Shown one piece after another: positions 24,631-37,343 of a DNA stretch of 64,000 nt (position 1 is its first letter; each line of letters begins with the position of its first letter). The notes beneath the pieces were generated by a model. That model did not search any database. It was not told the DNA's origin and saw nothing but the letters and a program-made list of their open reading frames with translations. A program made the position numbers and the translations under genes. Source of the stretch: Vairimorpha necatrix (lineage: Eukaryota); NCBI GenBank assembly GCA_036630325.1, contig CP142727.1, positions 682,001-746,000 on the forward strand, given 5' to 3'.

Positions 24631-27123
24631 ATAACTTTTTTTAGAATAAGGCTATTTGTCTGTAATAACAGAACAAATATTTTGGCTTTTACAAGCGAAT
24701 TGTACGTGTTTGTCGTGAGTCTATTTTTCAATCCTACTTTTTTAAATGGGAAATGGGTCAAGAGAAGATATAAAACACCAATACATATCATTTCTTAAGT
24801 GATGTAACAATGAAACTTTTAGTAGTTTTGTAACACATGGAAGTACCTCTGAGTGTACAGATTTATACTGGACTTGACGGCTCTTTATTTAATTATGTTA
24901 TTTAGCGCTTTTTTCGTGCTGATAATGTCTCTAGTTGTAAGCTTTTTCCGCTCTTGTTTTCCAAGGAAATTGTTGACAGATTTTTAGAGTAAAAATGTGG
25001 GGGTAGAGGAGGAAAAAAAATAGTAAAATTTTGGAATAGACGGTCGAAGGGTCTATTTTTTAAAGAAGATAATTTATTAATAAAACTAAATAATGTTAGA
25101 AGCTATATAGCACAAGTCATATATATCAATAGCAAAAAAAGAATAATGTTTATATTTCATGAGCATCTGTTTTTTTATTTTGATGGATTTCCCAAGGCGG
25201 TATATTGTCCTACACGAAAAATTATAATAAAAATATAAAAGATTTTTAGTTTTAAATTATTTCACAATATAAAAAGGTACTAGATCAGTCCGAAATCTAA
25301 TTTGAGCTTATTAATCTTTCTATAGAGCTCGTTTAAATATGTATTCTTTATAAGAATTATATATGTAAATTTTGATTATTTAAGTGTAAACAAGGGGCTT
25401 GTTGAATATTTAAAAATTTTTGAGACATTTTCTTTCCTCCGTTTAAACGAAGGACGCGAGGAACAGCCTCTTATAAAATGGTAAGTGTTACACCCGTCGT
25501 TATGCAATCTTCTACGATGTGCATTTTTGTTATATATCCACAAGATTGGAAAACGAAAATACAGTAACTAGATTAATATCACAAACAACCTTATTTCAAG
25601 ACAAAAAATGCACATTTATTTTGTACAACTTTTCTTAATTTTGTTACAATTTATAATTTTTGCTTAAAATAGTGCGGACATAACCTGTTGGTAAATACAA
25701 TACGGGGGTTTATATATTCAGAGTGCGAAGTTTAAATTTATATAAATACCATAAAAATTCGAATTTTTGTAATCCTTTGTGATTATAAAAGAAAACCAAT
25801 AAATAGCGAATTACGAAACATCGATTTAAGGAAAAAAAAAAGTAAACGACCCATCATGAAATATCGAATATAGCTGTTTTAAATTGTAAACCGTTGCAGT
25901 CACCATTCAAAAACAATACAAATAACATACTAGGTCTACCAACCAGTAAAATCAAAGCGAAATTCTTACAATTACAGAACATGTTATCTAAAATATAACT
26001 AATATGCAGAAGATTTGTCTTTAAATAAATTCTAACAAGTTAATGGAATAATAAATGTAAATTTATTGATATTATTATCGAAAAAAGTGTATAAAGAAAA
26101 GGGTTCTTTTTATTCCAATTAGACGTAATATGCTAGAACAATTTCTATTGTGAGTATTCGCACACGTATTGGTAATTACTCGCCAAACCTTTATTTGTTT
26201 TAAAAACAGAATTCAACAGTAATACCACTTGAAGTTATATATACTTAGATAGAATACATGAGCACATAAGGATGTGCTGCGAATCTTGGCCGAAATTATA
26301 GCTGTTTGCATGGAATTATAAAAAACGATTATTGTCACTTACGTTTAAATGAACGTAATCTAAGGGAGTTCTATAAACTTGATTGAATAAATATTATTAT
26401 TTTTTCGAAAAGTCCACGCAAAGTCCTTATAATATATAATGAAGGTTATCATTCGCGGATAGTCTTACAGAAATTCAACAATTTAGAAAAAAAAATAAAT
26501 TTTACCTCATTATTTTCAACAAATAAATCCCACAGATAAAATCTTTTTGATGCTCAATAGAAGATAAATATCTTTTCATTTAGCAGATTGTCTAGTTGAA
26601 ACAATTATTGGGGATGTTTCGAGGTTTTTATAGCCGACAGTGTCCGAAAAATACAGAAATAATGTAAGCTCGTTGAAAAGACAATAGAGAACTTTTTCTA
26701 ATTTTTTTTAAAATTTTATTGTTGTAGGAATATAGAAATTTTTTTCGTGGCATTATAGCAATTTTGCATTCATTAATAAAAATGCGTTTTTTTGCAGAAA
26801 AATGAGAATTTTGATATAAATCTAAATATAAATTTATACAAGCTAGAAAAAAATAAAAAACCATAAAGAAGCCTTTCTAGTAATCGCCTATATATCTCGT
26901 TTTTTGTTCTTTAATTTATACAAGTTCATGTTATGAATTAAATTATTTTTTCGATAAAATTATTTTTGCCGTTTTTAGTTCTCCTTGCTAATAATAAAAC
27001 CACAAAAATAAATATTTACACTAGAAATCGCATATGAGTATGTTCTTCATAAAATACTTTTGAAAAGCAAAAATTAATCTTTTTACCACTTGCTTGTTTT
27101 TAATCATGTGATACGTGATCTAA

Positions 27124-27910
27124 GGTGCCCTTAGCCCGGTGGTAGAAGGCGATTCCTTTATTGGGCAATGGCTGGGGTTAAATCCCACGGGCACCAATTT
27201 ATATCTACTTTCTATGATGTAGTTAGAGCAACTCAGATGATAAAGGTGCCCACGATATCATTAAGTTGATTCAATGAAACTTATGTGTGCCCAGCCACAA
27301 GAGGTTAGCATCTAGTGTAGAAACGCGCATCAAGAGCCAAAAGACAGTATCCCCTTGTAGTGACTTATTGATCCATAAAAGTATCTGATGGGTACGGCCT
27401 AGTTGAAACACATGGCTGGTGCATTCTAGCATGGTATCCTAGAGCTAACTAAGAGACTAGACGGAGTAGCGCAATAGAAGGTCTCGTGGATTCTATCCTT
27501 CAAGATTCTGTAACACGGTGGCCGAAACTAGTGGAAGACTGGTGGTCAACACGGCCCAATAAAAACGAAGGGCTGGTATGTGGTCATGTAAGGAACCGTG
27601 TATGCAATACAGATGATTCTTTGGACTTTTGATTCAGTACGACGACGGCTTTCTCAAGATATAGATAACCATGCCCGTTAAGTATATCCTCTGTGAGGTC
27701 ACTCTGGACGCGATTTGAGGTATGAATAGAAAATATTCTCCTGGTGCCAAAGTCCAATGGATACGGCGGAGCTGGCTGCACCGTCAAGTTATATGGAGAA
27801 GGTTTCTAATGAGTAGAAATCCCACAGTACAAATTGAACGAGTATCACGCCCAAATTTTCCTGGTACTTATGTAAGGTTTCTCCCTGCCTCTTACTTGCA
27901 AGAAAAAAAA
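27124..27910 (+). mobile_element. tRNA-derived SINE (~780 bp, poly(A) tail)
   Basis: Head GGTGCCC..GGGCACCA (7-bp acceptor-like stem); A-box-like TAGCCCGGTGG; B-box-like GGTTAAATCC; body aligns to 44027-44807; ends CTTACTTGCAAG-A(n). Confidence 0.83.
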
Positions 27911-28937
27911 TTAAAAAAACCCTAAAAATTCGTTAAAATTTCGCCAGCGATAAAAGACGGCGCATCGAAAATGGTTTCCATTTATTCGCGTTGCTCATTC
28001 GCAGCGCTGAGAGCATTTGGAGAGTTAAACGACAGTTTAAATTAATCTAAGGTGCAATCGTTTTTATGTAACACTGACTGTTATATGGCAGAAAATCGAG
28101 ATAACACGAGATTAAGAATCTTGAGATATCATAAATGCCTACATTACAACATTCTTGTTTGTTTGTCCAAGGTTTATCTATAGTTATGTGCCCTTTAGTA
28201 AAATTTATTGTTTTTGTTAATCATTTTGGTAACATATTAATTTTAAAGTTATAAAATATTAATTGGCAAGTAAAGTGTATTTCATAAAAAAATTACTTTT
28301 TTTTACAATGTATGTATTCTTAAGATTGTGAAATAATTTGATCGAGTTGTAAGAAAGAGTGATCTGGCAGAAAAATAAAGTTGAGCTTTGAATCCTTCCT
28401 TTCAAATACGCTCAATAAAGTTCTTATAACACTATATAAGTAAAAAATTTCAATCTAATCTTTATTAATATTTTCTTTATCGAGTAACTTGAAGAAGTTT
28501 TGATAATTAGAGATGAAATAGTTAATAAAAGAATAAGGGAAAACGAAACAACTTGCCTCGGTACAAAAAATATCACAAAAGTAAATTCTACGAAAATTTT
28601 ATTTATTTTAGAATTCATTATGTCACACGACATCCTTCGACCCATTAGAGATGGCAGAGGAGTTATAAATCCTAATTTAAAGTCAGAACTGCCAAATGAC
28701 TGAGATCCCATTTGCTCTCAATGACTCATCGTAAACAAACAATGAACAAAATACAAAGTATAAAAAAAACAAAAACACTCAAAACATGCTTACATCCATA
28801 ACTTCATAAATATTCCGCCTTTTCTTGAAAAAGATGAAAGGGCGGGAAAATAAAATTATAAAAGGAATTGTTTTTAACCCCAGATTGATTTATGAGAGAA
28901 CGAAACTACAATAAAGAATTTAAAAAAAAATTCTTAT

Positions 28938-29300
28938 TTAAACACACGAGCAGCCAGGGAGGCAGCCCGTGTCACACAATACATTTGCCCACTTGTATAA
29001 GTGCATCAAATAATTGCGATCTACATCGTTGCAGTTTTTATTTTTTCTAGCTTCTGGTGTCATGTTTCTTCTTTTCTTTTGAAACCACCATTTAATTGAA
29101 TTTATATTCAAATCGAGAAGCACGCTCAAGTCTTCTACTAAATTCAATGATGGCCATTGAACTCTTTCATAGGTGTGAAAGAGCACATACTCTTTAACCT
29201 GCGTATAGCTTCTTGGTTTGTATCTTTTGTTTTCTTTTTTTAGTTTTATCAATCCAAATAGAGCCTCCGTTAAAGTATTATCGTCTAAGAAGTTATTCAT
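28938..29300 (-). CDS. Divergent homeodomain protein (120 aa)
   Basis: Helix-3 motif IKWWFQKKRR, WPS..L..LL.L spacing and a basic N-terminal arm; GGGG motif just before the ATG. Confidence 0.8.
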   Translation of the reverse strand: MNNFLDDNTLTEALFGLIKLKKENKRYKPRSYTQVKEYVLFHTYERVQWPSLNLVEDLSVLLDLNINSIKWWFQKKRRNMTPEARKNKNCNDVDRNYLMHLYKWANVLCDTGCLPGCSCV

Positions 29301-29357
29301 ACCCCGTGGAGAAATGAATAATGAAATACTAAAATATTAATAAAAAATCATATTAAA

Positions 29358-32300
29358 TGTGATGTTTTTTATAATTCTATCCCAATATGATAAATAAAGA
29401 CATGGGGGCGATACCGAATCGTCAGTTTACAAGTTTGTACTGTGGTCTAGAGGCCAAAAAGCTATTAAAGGAAGTTAGAAGAATAATGTATAGGTTGGAG
29501 ATGGAGGAAGTAGAAATCAGTTTGTGGAAGCAGAGAATATTTATGGAAGGAAGTGAAGAAATAAAAAATTTCATGGTAGAAAGAATTAGTAAAGAGGACG
29601 AATATTATAAAATAATTGAGAAATTAGAGGAGGAAATATGTAGAGAAGAAAGAAATAAAAAAAAGAAGAAAATAGGAGAGAACTTATGGAGGTCATAGCT
29701 GAGAATGTTAGAGAAACTGTGAGAAAAGAAATTCAAGAGAAAGATTTAGTTTTAAGGAATACAGTACAAGAAATAAGAAATAATAGGAATTGTTTTAATT
29801 GTGGTAAATTTGGACATATGGCTAGGAACTGTTATGTAGGAAGGAACAATAATCAGGAAAATAATAAAAATTTTAATAAGTACTATAATTTAGACGAAAA
29901 CCAAAGTTGTAGTAGCAGTAATGATAATAAAGGATATAAACCAAGTTGAAAGACAAAAAGAGTTCTGTTGAAGGAATGTAGTAATAGTGATAGAAGACAG
30001 AAAGAAAGAATATATGTTTGCAATAAAGAGACGAAAAGAAGATTACTGAAGAGGGAATTTACGTTGGAAGATCTCAAAGCGAAATATGAAGAAGTTTTTA
30101 AACAAGGAGATGAGGTTATAAGTTATTGTACATTAGAGAAGTGTAAGATAGATACTCCAGAGGGTAAGAAGATAGTCAGAAAGGGACAGATGATTCCACA
30201 GGCTTTAATCAAACAGACAGATGAATATATTAATGATTTAGAAAATAGAAAGATTATTAGAAGATCGTCATCGGAATGGCGAAACCCAATAAGAGCGATA
30301 CTTAAACCAAGTGGTGAAGTAAGAGTTGTTAGTAACTTTATAGGGTTGAATGATTTAGTCGAGAAAGACCCGTATGAGCTAACGAATATGAGAGAAACAA
30401 TAAGAGCTACGCATGGGTCGATAATATTTACTGTTGATTGCAAAGAAGCATTTTACCATTTTGAAATCGAAGAAAAAGATAAACATAAGACGGCGTTTGA
30501 ATTTAATAAAAAAGTTTACGAATGGAATAGTATGGTGATGGGATACAAAAATTTCCCACAGATACTACAGCGAACGATGAATAAGATTTTTGAGGATTTG
30601 CGAGGAAATGGTGTGGAGGTATACATGGACGATATAGTAATACATGCCAAAAACAAACGTAAACACGATATACTAGTTTTAGAAAGAAGAAGGGAAATAA
30701 AATGAAATTAAATAGTTGGAAAATACAGTTTAGACAAGCGGAAGTAAAACTATTAGGTGTGACGCTGAATGGAACAGACATGACGGCCGACGAAATAAAG
30801 AAAAATGAAGCCTTGGAGTATCCAGATCCAAAAACTTTGACGGAATTGAGAAGATTTTTAGAATTGACTGGATGGTTCAGACCATTTATAAAAGATTATG
30901 CCGGGTTGACGTTGAAAATGACAGATAGTTTGAATAAAAATGGCAAATTGTGGAAATTAACGGAAGAGATGAAAAAGGAATTTACTGAAATGACAAATGT
31001 GTTAAGAAATATGGGAAGACTAAGATTGCAGGACTATAATAAGGAGTTCATACTAAGAACAGACGCTAGCTATTTGAGATTGGGAACCGGGGTTACTTCA
31101 AAAGAATGAGAATGAAGAATGTGTTGCTATACAATGGGCATCTAAAAAGCTAACACCGACAGAAGTAAGATATGGTATATCAGAAAAGTAAATGCTTGCG
31201 ATACATTGGGGCATTGATAAATTAAAATACGAGTTAAGAGGTAGGAAATTCAGGATAGAAACGGATCACAAAGCACTGGTTGAGATAAGAAACAAACCGT
31301 TTTTCAATAATAACAGAATAAATCGCTTAATCGAGAAGATACAGGAATATGATTTTATCGTTGAATATAAAAAACCTGATGAGATGGTGGTAGCAGATGC
31401 GTTGGGTCGAATAAATATGGAAGAGGATATTAAAGAAATGAAATTAAAGAGAAAACAATCAAGCAAACAGAAGGTAAATGGAAAGCACATGTTTCTTCCG
31501 AGAATGGAAAGCAATATTGGCAATTCGACTCGGGACGTAAAGTTGAAATACCACCAGAAAATATAAGGAGACAATTAATCCAAAAATATCATGAAAAAAT
31601 AGGCCACAGATGCATGAAAAGTGTTTATTATGCAATTAGAGAAGAATACTATTGGCCAGGAGTAAAGAAAGAAATAAATGAGGTTACAAAACAGTGTCAG
31701 ATATGCCAGATATATAACAGGAAAAATATGGGAAGTTGTGAATTTGGAGATACGTCGAGATGTTTAGAGAAGTTGCATTCGACTTGATAGACTTTATAAA
31801 TGAGAAGAAATATGTTTTAGTTGCTATCGATTATTTTACACGAAGGGTACGGGGAGTAGTTGTAAATAACAAGTCAAGTAATAATATTGTTGGATTTTTA
31901 AAAAGATTATGTGAGCAAGGGAATAACCCGGAAGAAATTATTACAGATAACGGTAAAGAGTTTATTAACGGAAAATTTAGAAAATTTTGTAGAGATCTGG
32001 ATATAATACACCAACAAGTTAGTATAGAAGCGCATAGAAGTAACGGAAGAGTAGGGCGTGTTATAGGAACTTTGAGAGAAAATATTTTAAAGTCGGATGC
32101 GAAAATTTTTGAAGGTAAAGTGTGTAAAAGTATCGAGATATATAATCAGAGCTATCATACAGGAATAAAATGTACACCAATAGAAGCGACTGAAGATAAA
32201 ACTGGTGACGTAATGCTTGAAAAAAGCCTTTTAGGGAAATATTGTAATAGGTTTAGAAAAGGAAAGATTGAAAAATTTAGTAAAAGTCAATTGGTAAGAA

Positions 32301-32559
32301 TAGCTAAACGAGAAAATTTGGCAAATGGTAATAAGTATGAAAAAGGAAGATTTTTGGATACAGGGAAAATTGTTGAAAAGTGTGGAAAGGATTCTTATAT
32401 TGCAAAACTTAGTAATGGTAGGCTTGTGAAGAAGAGACATTATGATCTGAAGGGTATGCTTGGGGTAGATGTGAAAATTAGATGAGACTAGCCGTCTTGA
32501 GGGGGGGGGGATGTGATATATTTGTATAATTTCTATTCCCATTATGATAAATAAAGACA
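29358..32559 (+). mobile_element. Second, degenerate copy of the mini-LTR Ty3/Gypsy family
   Basis: LTRs 29358-29402 and 32512-32559; TSD TTAAA; same PBS and PPT; ORF broken by frameshifts and stops; empty site in the paralog near 36055. Confidence 0.95.
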
Positions 32560-33708
32560 TTAAATAAAATTTTCAACTAATATGGACTGTTCTTTGTCGA
32601 AAAAAGCAAGTAAACTTATTAATTGTACTTTAACAATAATGTTATTGTCGTAGTTACTTACGCTTAAACCGAGCATTTATAATGCTTGGATATTTCTTTA
32701 TATTTTTATAATATTTTAACCCCATCTTATGGAAGAAGGAAGCCAAATAAAACGTTTCACTAACAATATCAAAACACAAAAACAATTAACATATTTTTCT
32801 CATTTGTGTCTGTCCCCTCTACAAACCACTTTGGTATTTAGATCGATAGTCATTGCGGCACTGGGAAAATACTATTTTCATACGTTTATCTTTTTTAATC
32901 TCTATAGAATCAACTAAATGATGTATTTACGATCTAAAATTAAAACATTGCAATACAAAGCTCATTTGGACATAATACATTTGTTTTTACATTATTTTAT
33001 CTTATTGTTTTTCTTTTAACTGTTTAATTTTGCACGTGAAGCTTCTTAGCACATTTATTACGTATTACTAGTAGTAACTTTAAACTTCTATTTTTGAAAT
33101 GTAGGCACAATACAATTTTTTTAAGGGGAGTCAAGTCCTTTAGCATTGTTGTAAATTCCCTTTGACTCTCTTTTACAACTTTTTTAAATAGGAATTCCAA
33201 TGGATCATATTTCTGCCCAGTTTGATATTCCCTCTTATCAATTATAAAAATAAAAGTAGAAAAATACCCCTAAAAATTCGTTGAATTTCCGCCAGAAATA
33301 AAAGACTGCACATCAAATTTGTTTAAATATGTTCGCTTTGCTCAAACAAGCTCCGAGTGCATTCGTGCATTAATCGACATTTGGAATCATTCTAGATGTT
33401 TAATCGTTTTTAAATAACACTGCCATTAAATGGCAGATTGACATTAGAATACTTCTATCAAAATTAAAAATCGTAATAGTATCACAAGTCTCTACATTAC
33501 AACATTTTTGTTTTTTTCAAGGTTGGCGATTATAGTTATAAGCGTTTTATAGAAATCATTGTTTTTGAATATCATTTCCTGGTACCATATTAATTTTAAC
33601 GCAATAAAACAAGGATTACCAAGTATTTTATATTATATGAATATGATTACTTTTATTAAAATATATTTAATACTTAATATTATGTAATAATAATGTTTGA
33701 GTTGTAAG

Positions 33709-35139
33709 TGTTGAGAATATATGAAAAAAATTTAACCTTATTAACAATTCTCTCTAACATCGTGGAGAATAACAAAATCAAACCCCAACAAAAAACAAAA
33801 TAAAAGCTTGTAAGTTTTAGCGATGCATAAGACTAAAAAATGCAGTATAGGTGAGAATGGGGATTGTTAGATGTCTACAGAAGCAAGATGAAGATTCGCA
33901 TCAGCGGGGACACGGATTTCGAGACGTAGAGGAGCTATGAAGAGCAATTAATAAACAACATTGACTGTTTAAATTTAGATCAAAGGATGCTTAGATTGAG
34001 TGCAGGTGTGAGCACCACTATTTACATTTGAATCTATTGTGGCAAGATAGCCGACTACCTAGTGTATTAAATTCCAGAGAGATTGTAAAAGAGAAGAAAA
34101 TCGAAGAAAATTGTATTGTAGTTGAAGAATTTATTCGACGAATTAATCCAGTTTTATTGTTAAGAAGACGAATCTAAAGAAAAATCTTATTTTTAGACTT
34201 ACTGTATTATAACAGGGAAGAAAGTGCCGTAAATACTAATACAAGAAGCGTTGGTAAGATGCAAAGAGTGAAACGCACCACTGGCCAGTTGACCTGCGAC
34301 TTCACTTTTATTTTACAAGCCTAGTTGTGGTCGTACAAGGTTGTAAAATTTATTAAATCGCTCAGTTCCAAATTTAGACCAAAGATGTTGAGCATATATT
34401 TTTAATAAAAATTTACCCTTATTTTATAATTATAATATGGGTTTAAGAAGACATAGAAAATACGTGGACACTCAGTACAAGAGATCATAGAAAATGATCG
34501 TGCTGAAATAAGAGTAGATACTAGAATATCCACTAATATAAAGGTAACCCATAATAAGCCTGATATTCTTGTTTTTGACAAGAAGAAGAAAGAAATTTTA
34601 ATAGTTGAAGTTGGTATAACCAACGAGGATCGACTTACTATAGTTGAGAATGAAAAACTAAGAAAATATGACCTTCTTGCAAATGAACTGGGACTAATAC
34701 ATAAATCCCAGACAAGAATAGTTCCTTATGTAATGACATGGGATGGAGTGGTGACCAAATATCACAGAAAGTACATCAGGGAGCTAGAAATCCAACCCTA
34801 CCTGGAAGCATATATCCAGTCTATTATGATGAAGAAGACTCTAGAGTCCATCTCTTTGGAACGACGACGAGGATACGATCAGGAGGATGCAGGAGAAGAA
34901 GAAGTGGCTAGTTCTGTATGCGCACCAGCGAATATGGTGACTGTTAAAGAAGTGGTGTCGGCAAAGGGGAATGAAGCTGCTAAAGTGAAGTTGGAAAACA
35001 TTAATAATTCCACAGAAACCAAAGTCTGTGAAGAGCTGAATCCCATGAGCGATACCGGGGAAAGCTGTGCTATGAACATCTAATCTTAATGATAAATTAA
35101 CTCAATAAATCTTTTATAATTTTATAATTATCTCTAACA
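33709..35139 (+). mobile_element. TRIM-like element (diverged), with a LINE fragment inserted in its 3' LTR
   Basis: 5' LTR 33709-33759; PBS TCGTGGAGAAT; 3' LTR starts at 34386 and resumes to end at 35139; TSD GTAAG on both sides; empty site GTTGTAAGAAAGAG near 28346-28359. Confidence 0.85.
34433..35119 (+). mobile_element. 5'-truncated REL-LINE (endonuclease domain plus 3' end)
   Basis: NKPDILVFDK..IVEVGIT..KLRKY..WDGVVTKYH (PD-(D/E)xK-type REL domain); TSD TTTTATAATTA at 34422-34432 and 35120-35130. Confidence 0.9.
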
Positions 35140-35227
35140 GTAAGAAAGAGTGATCTGGCAGAAAAACAGACTTTGGATTTGACCCTTTCCCTTTTAGTAT
35201 GCTTACTAAAGTATTTACACACTATAT

Positions 35228-35501
35228 TGTGATATCAATTGCCATATTTTTGATTTATTTTTATTTTCCCTCCGAGTGAATTTTCTAGAAAAATATTTTC
35301 GATTTTATTTTACCCACATAAAAGGATGAAACATCAAAAGAACTACGGGAAGTCTCAAAGAGACTTACCCCTCACAAGAGGACGGAGTATCTCCCACACG
35401 GGATACTAATAAAAATAACGTAATTAAACTAATTTGAATGCAGAAAGAAGCATTTTGGATGCTATTTACAGCAAGACCATCTCTTCGGTTGTAAGACCAC
35501 A
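35228..35501. mobile_element. TG..CA element, 274 bp, TSD TATAT
   Basis: TGTGATAT..ACCACA with TATAT on both sides; absent from the paralogous site near 28433; aligns to 37512-37828. Confidence 0.78.
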
Positions 35502-35660
35502 TATATAATTATATAATTCTAATCTATTCTTTTATTTATATTTTATTTATCGAGTAACTTGAAGGAGTTTTGATAATTAGAGATGATATAGTTAATAAAG
35601 AAAACGGAACAACTTGCCTCAATACAAAAAATAATCACAAAAGTAAATTCTACGAAAAAT

Positions 35661-36002
35661 TTATTTTTTTTCAGAATTCAATACATTTGCCCACTTATAT
35701 AAATACAACAAATATTTGCGATCTACATCGTCGCAGTTTTTATTTTTTCTTTCTTCTGGTGTCATGTTTCTTCTTTTCTTTTGAAACCACCATTTAATTG
35801 AATTTATATTCAAATCGAGAAGCACGCTCAAGTCTTCTACTAAATTCAATGATGGCCATTGAACTCTTTCATAGGTGTGAAAGAGCACATACTCTTTAAC
35901 CTGCGTATAGCTTCTTGGTTTGTATCTTTTGTTTTCTTTTTTTAGTTTTATCAATCCAAATAGAGCCTCCGCCAAAGTATTATCGTCTAAGAAGTTATTC
36001 AT
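35661..36002 (-). CDS. Divergent homeodomain protein paralog (113 aa, alternative C-terminus)
   Basis: Nearly identical to 28938-29300 across the homeodomain. Confidence 0.8.
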   Translation of the reverse strand: MNNFLDDNTLAEALFGLIKLKKENKRYKPRSYTQVKEYVLFHTYERVQWPSLNLVEDLSVLLDLNINSIKWWFQKKRRNMTPEERKNKNCDDVDRKYLLYLYKWANVLNSEKK

Positions 36003-37153
36003 ACCCCGTGGAGAAATAAATAATTAAATACTTAAATATTAATATAAAATTATATTTAATATATTATGTTACTAATTAAGACTGTTTTTTCGAAAAAAGC
36101 AGGGAAGCTAATTAATGCAACTTTAACAATAATAATATATTGTAATGTAGAAATTTACAAATTGGTGTAATATGATTTGTATATGCAATAAAATGGTTTT
36201 CATGATTATTGTTCATTAATTTATCATTATTAATATATATATATATATATATTGATCGATTACATTTGTTTACTATTATATCAAATATGAGCTATAGCAT
36301 TTGTATTTAATTAATACAACTTTTAAAAGCATTATTTTATATAAACATTCTAATAATTGTCATTTCAAATATTTATGAATATTTTATTGGTGAATTTAAT
36401 CAGACAACATCCATGACACAAAAAATTACATAAAAAAATATATTATTGATGTATTTTCATAAAATTCATTTGTTTTGGTAAATAATCAAAACGTGTCAAA
36501 TATTTTGATGTTTTATTAATTATGCGTCATAAAATATAAAAATGTGTAATATTTATACAAAGAATTCGCATTTATATGGTAATTTATGATTCATGTTGCT
36601 TTAAAAATATTCCAGAGTTTTGAAAGAAATATGGAATATAACTGCTAACTTTACGTTCTTTCTATTAAAAAACTAAAAAATAAATATAAATAAAATGTTT
36701 GGCTGTATTGGAATACATAATCCTTAGTATTAACTCAACAAGAAATGGATTTTTATTAGAAAAGTAAACTAATAAATTAATAATTAATATGTACATTCTT
36801 ACTGTATAATTTACAAAAAAATCAAACTTGCTCAATAAATTTTATCAATAACAACTTTAACTTGTACAGTATTTATTTTACAATTGAAGTCATATTAGTA
36901 ACCATTATAAATACCATTTTTTAGATTTTCCCTCCTTCAAATCGAAATAAATTAAAGCAGTGTGATAAAATTAGTAAAAAATTAATTTTATTATTCTTAA
37001 AATTTCTTGACAATGCAATTAATGCTATTAATTTTTCTTCTATTTGCGACATTTTTTAGTTTACACAAATCGGGTCTTTTATAACTATAAGATCTTGGAT
37101 AATTCCTAAATTAGTTCTAAATAATATTTTGGCTGATAAGTATAGATTTTTTG

Positions 37154-37280
37154 GGCATAAGTAAACATTAGCTACAAAAAAATCGATATAGGGTTTTTTT
37201 TGTCTTTTTTGCCCCTTTTTTTTCAAAAACAGAAGAAAGAAAATGTTAGGAAAAAACAAAAATAGAAAAAATTAAATAAA
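37154..37280 (-). mobile_element. Orphan terminal fragment of Merlin family A
   Basis: CATTAGCTACAAAAAAATCGATATAGGGTTTTT..GCCCCTTTT matches the family A TIR; the adjoining sequence resembles the right end in reverse. Confidence 0.75.
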
Positions 37281-37343
37281 TAGTTATGACAACATACGGT
37301 AAAAAAAATATATAAAAGCTTTATATACTATATCAACGTTCTG

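Larger units (their letters stand above)
23436..25033 (+). repeat. Tandem duplicate of 20757-22351 (LINE 5' end plus PDE pseudogene plus downstream)
   Basis: Direct alignment; begins GCTATTACTAGTGAG as at 20757 and ends AAAATTTTG as at 22351. Confidence 0.93.
27915..32640 (+). repeat. Older local duplication unit containing the homeobox gene (partner ~33261-36135)
   Basis: Colinear diverged flanks (CCCTAAAAATTCGTT.., AAGAAAGAGTGATCTGGCAG, TATCGAGTAACTTGAAG) once TE insertions are removed. Confidence 0.8.

Noticed and set aside
27124-27196. Functional tRNA gene
   Set aside because: The acceptor stem is good but the anticodon arm does not fold and the T-loop is mutated. It is the head of a repeated SINE.
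27230-27285. Hammerhead ribozyme (CAGATGA...GAAAC) in the SINE body
   Set aside because: The core is CAGAUGA, not CUGAUGA; GAAAC is not conserved in the 44027 copy; no convincing stems.
36233-36252. (TA)n microsatellite
   Set aside because: Short and unremarkable in AT-rich DNA.
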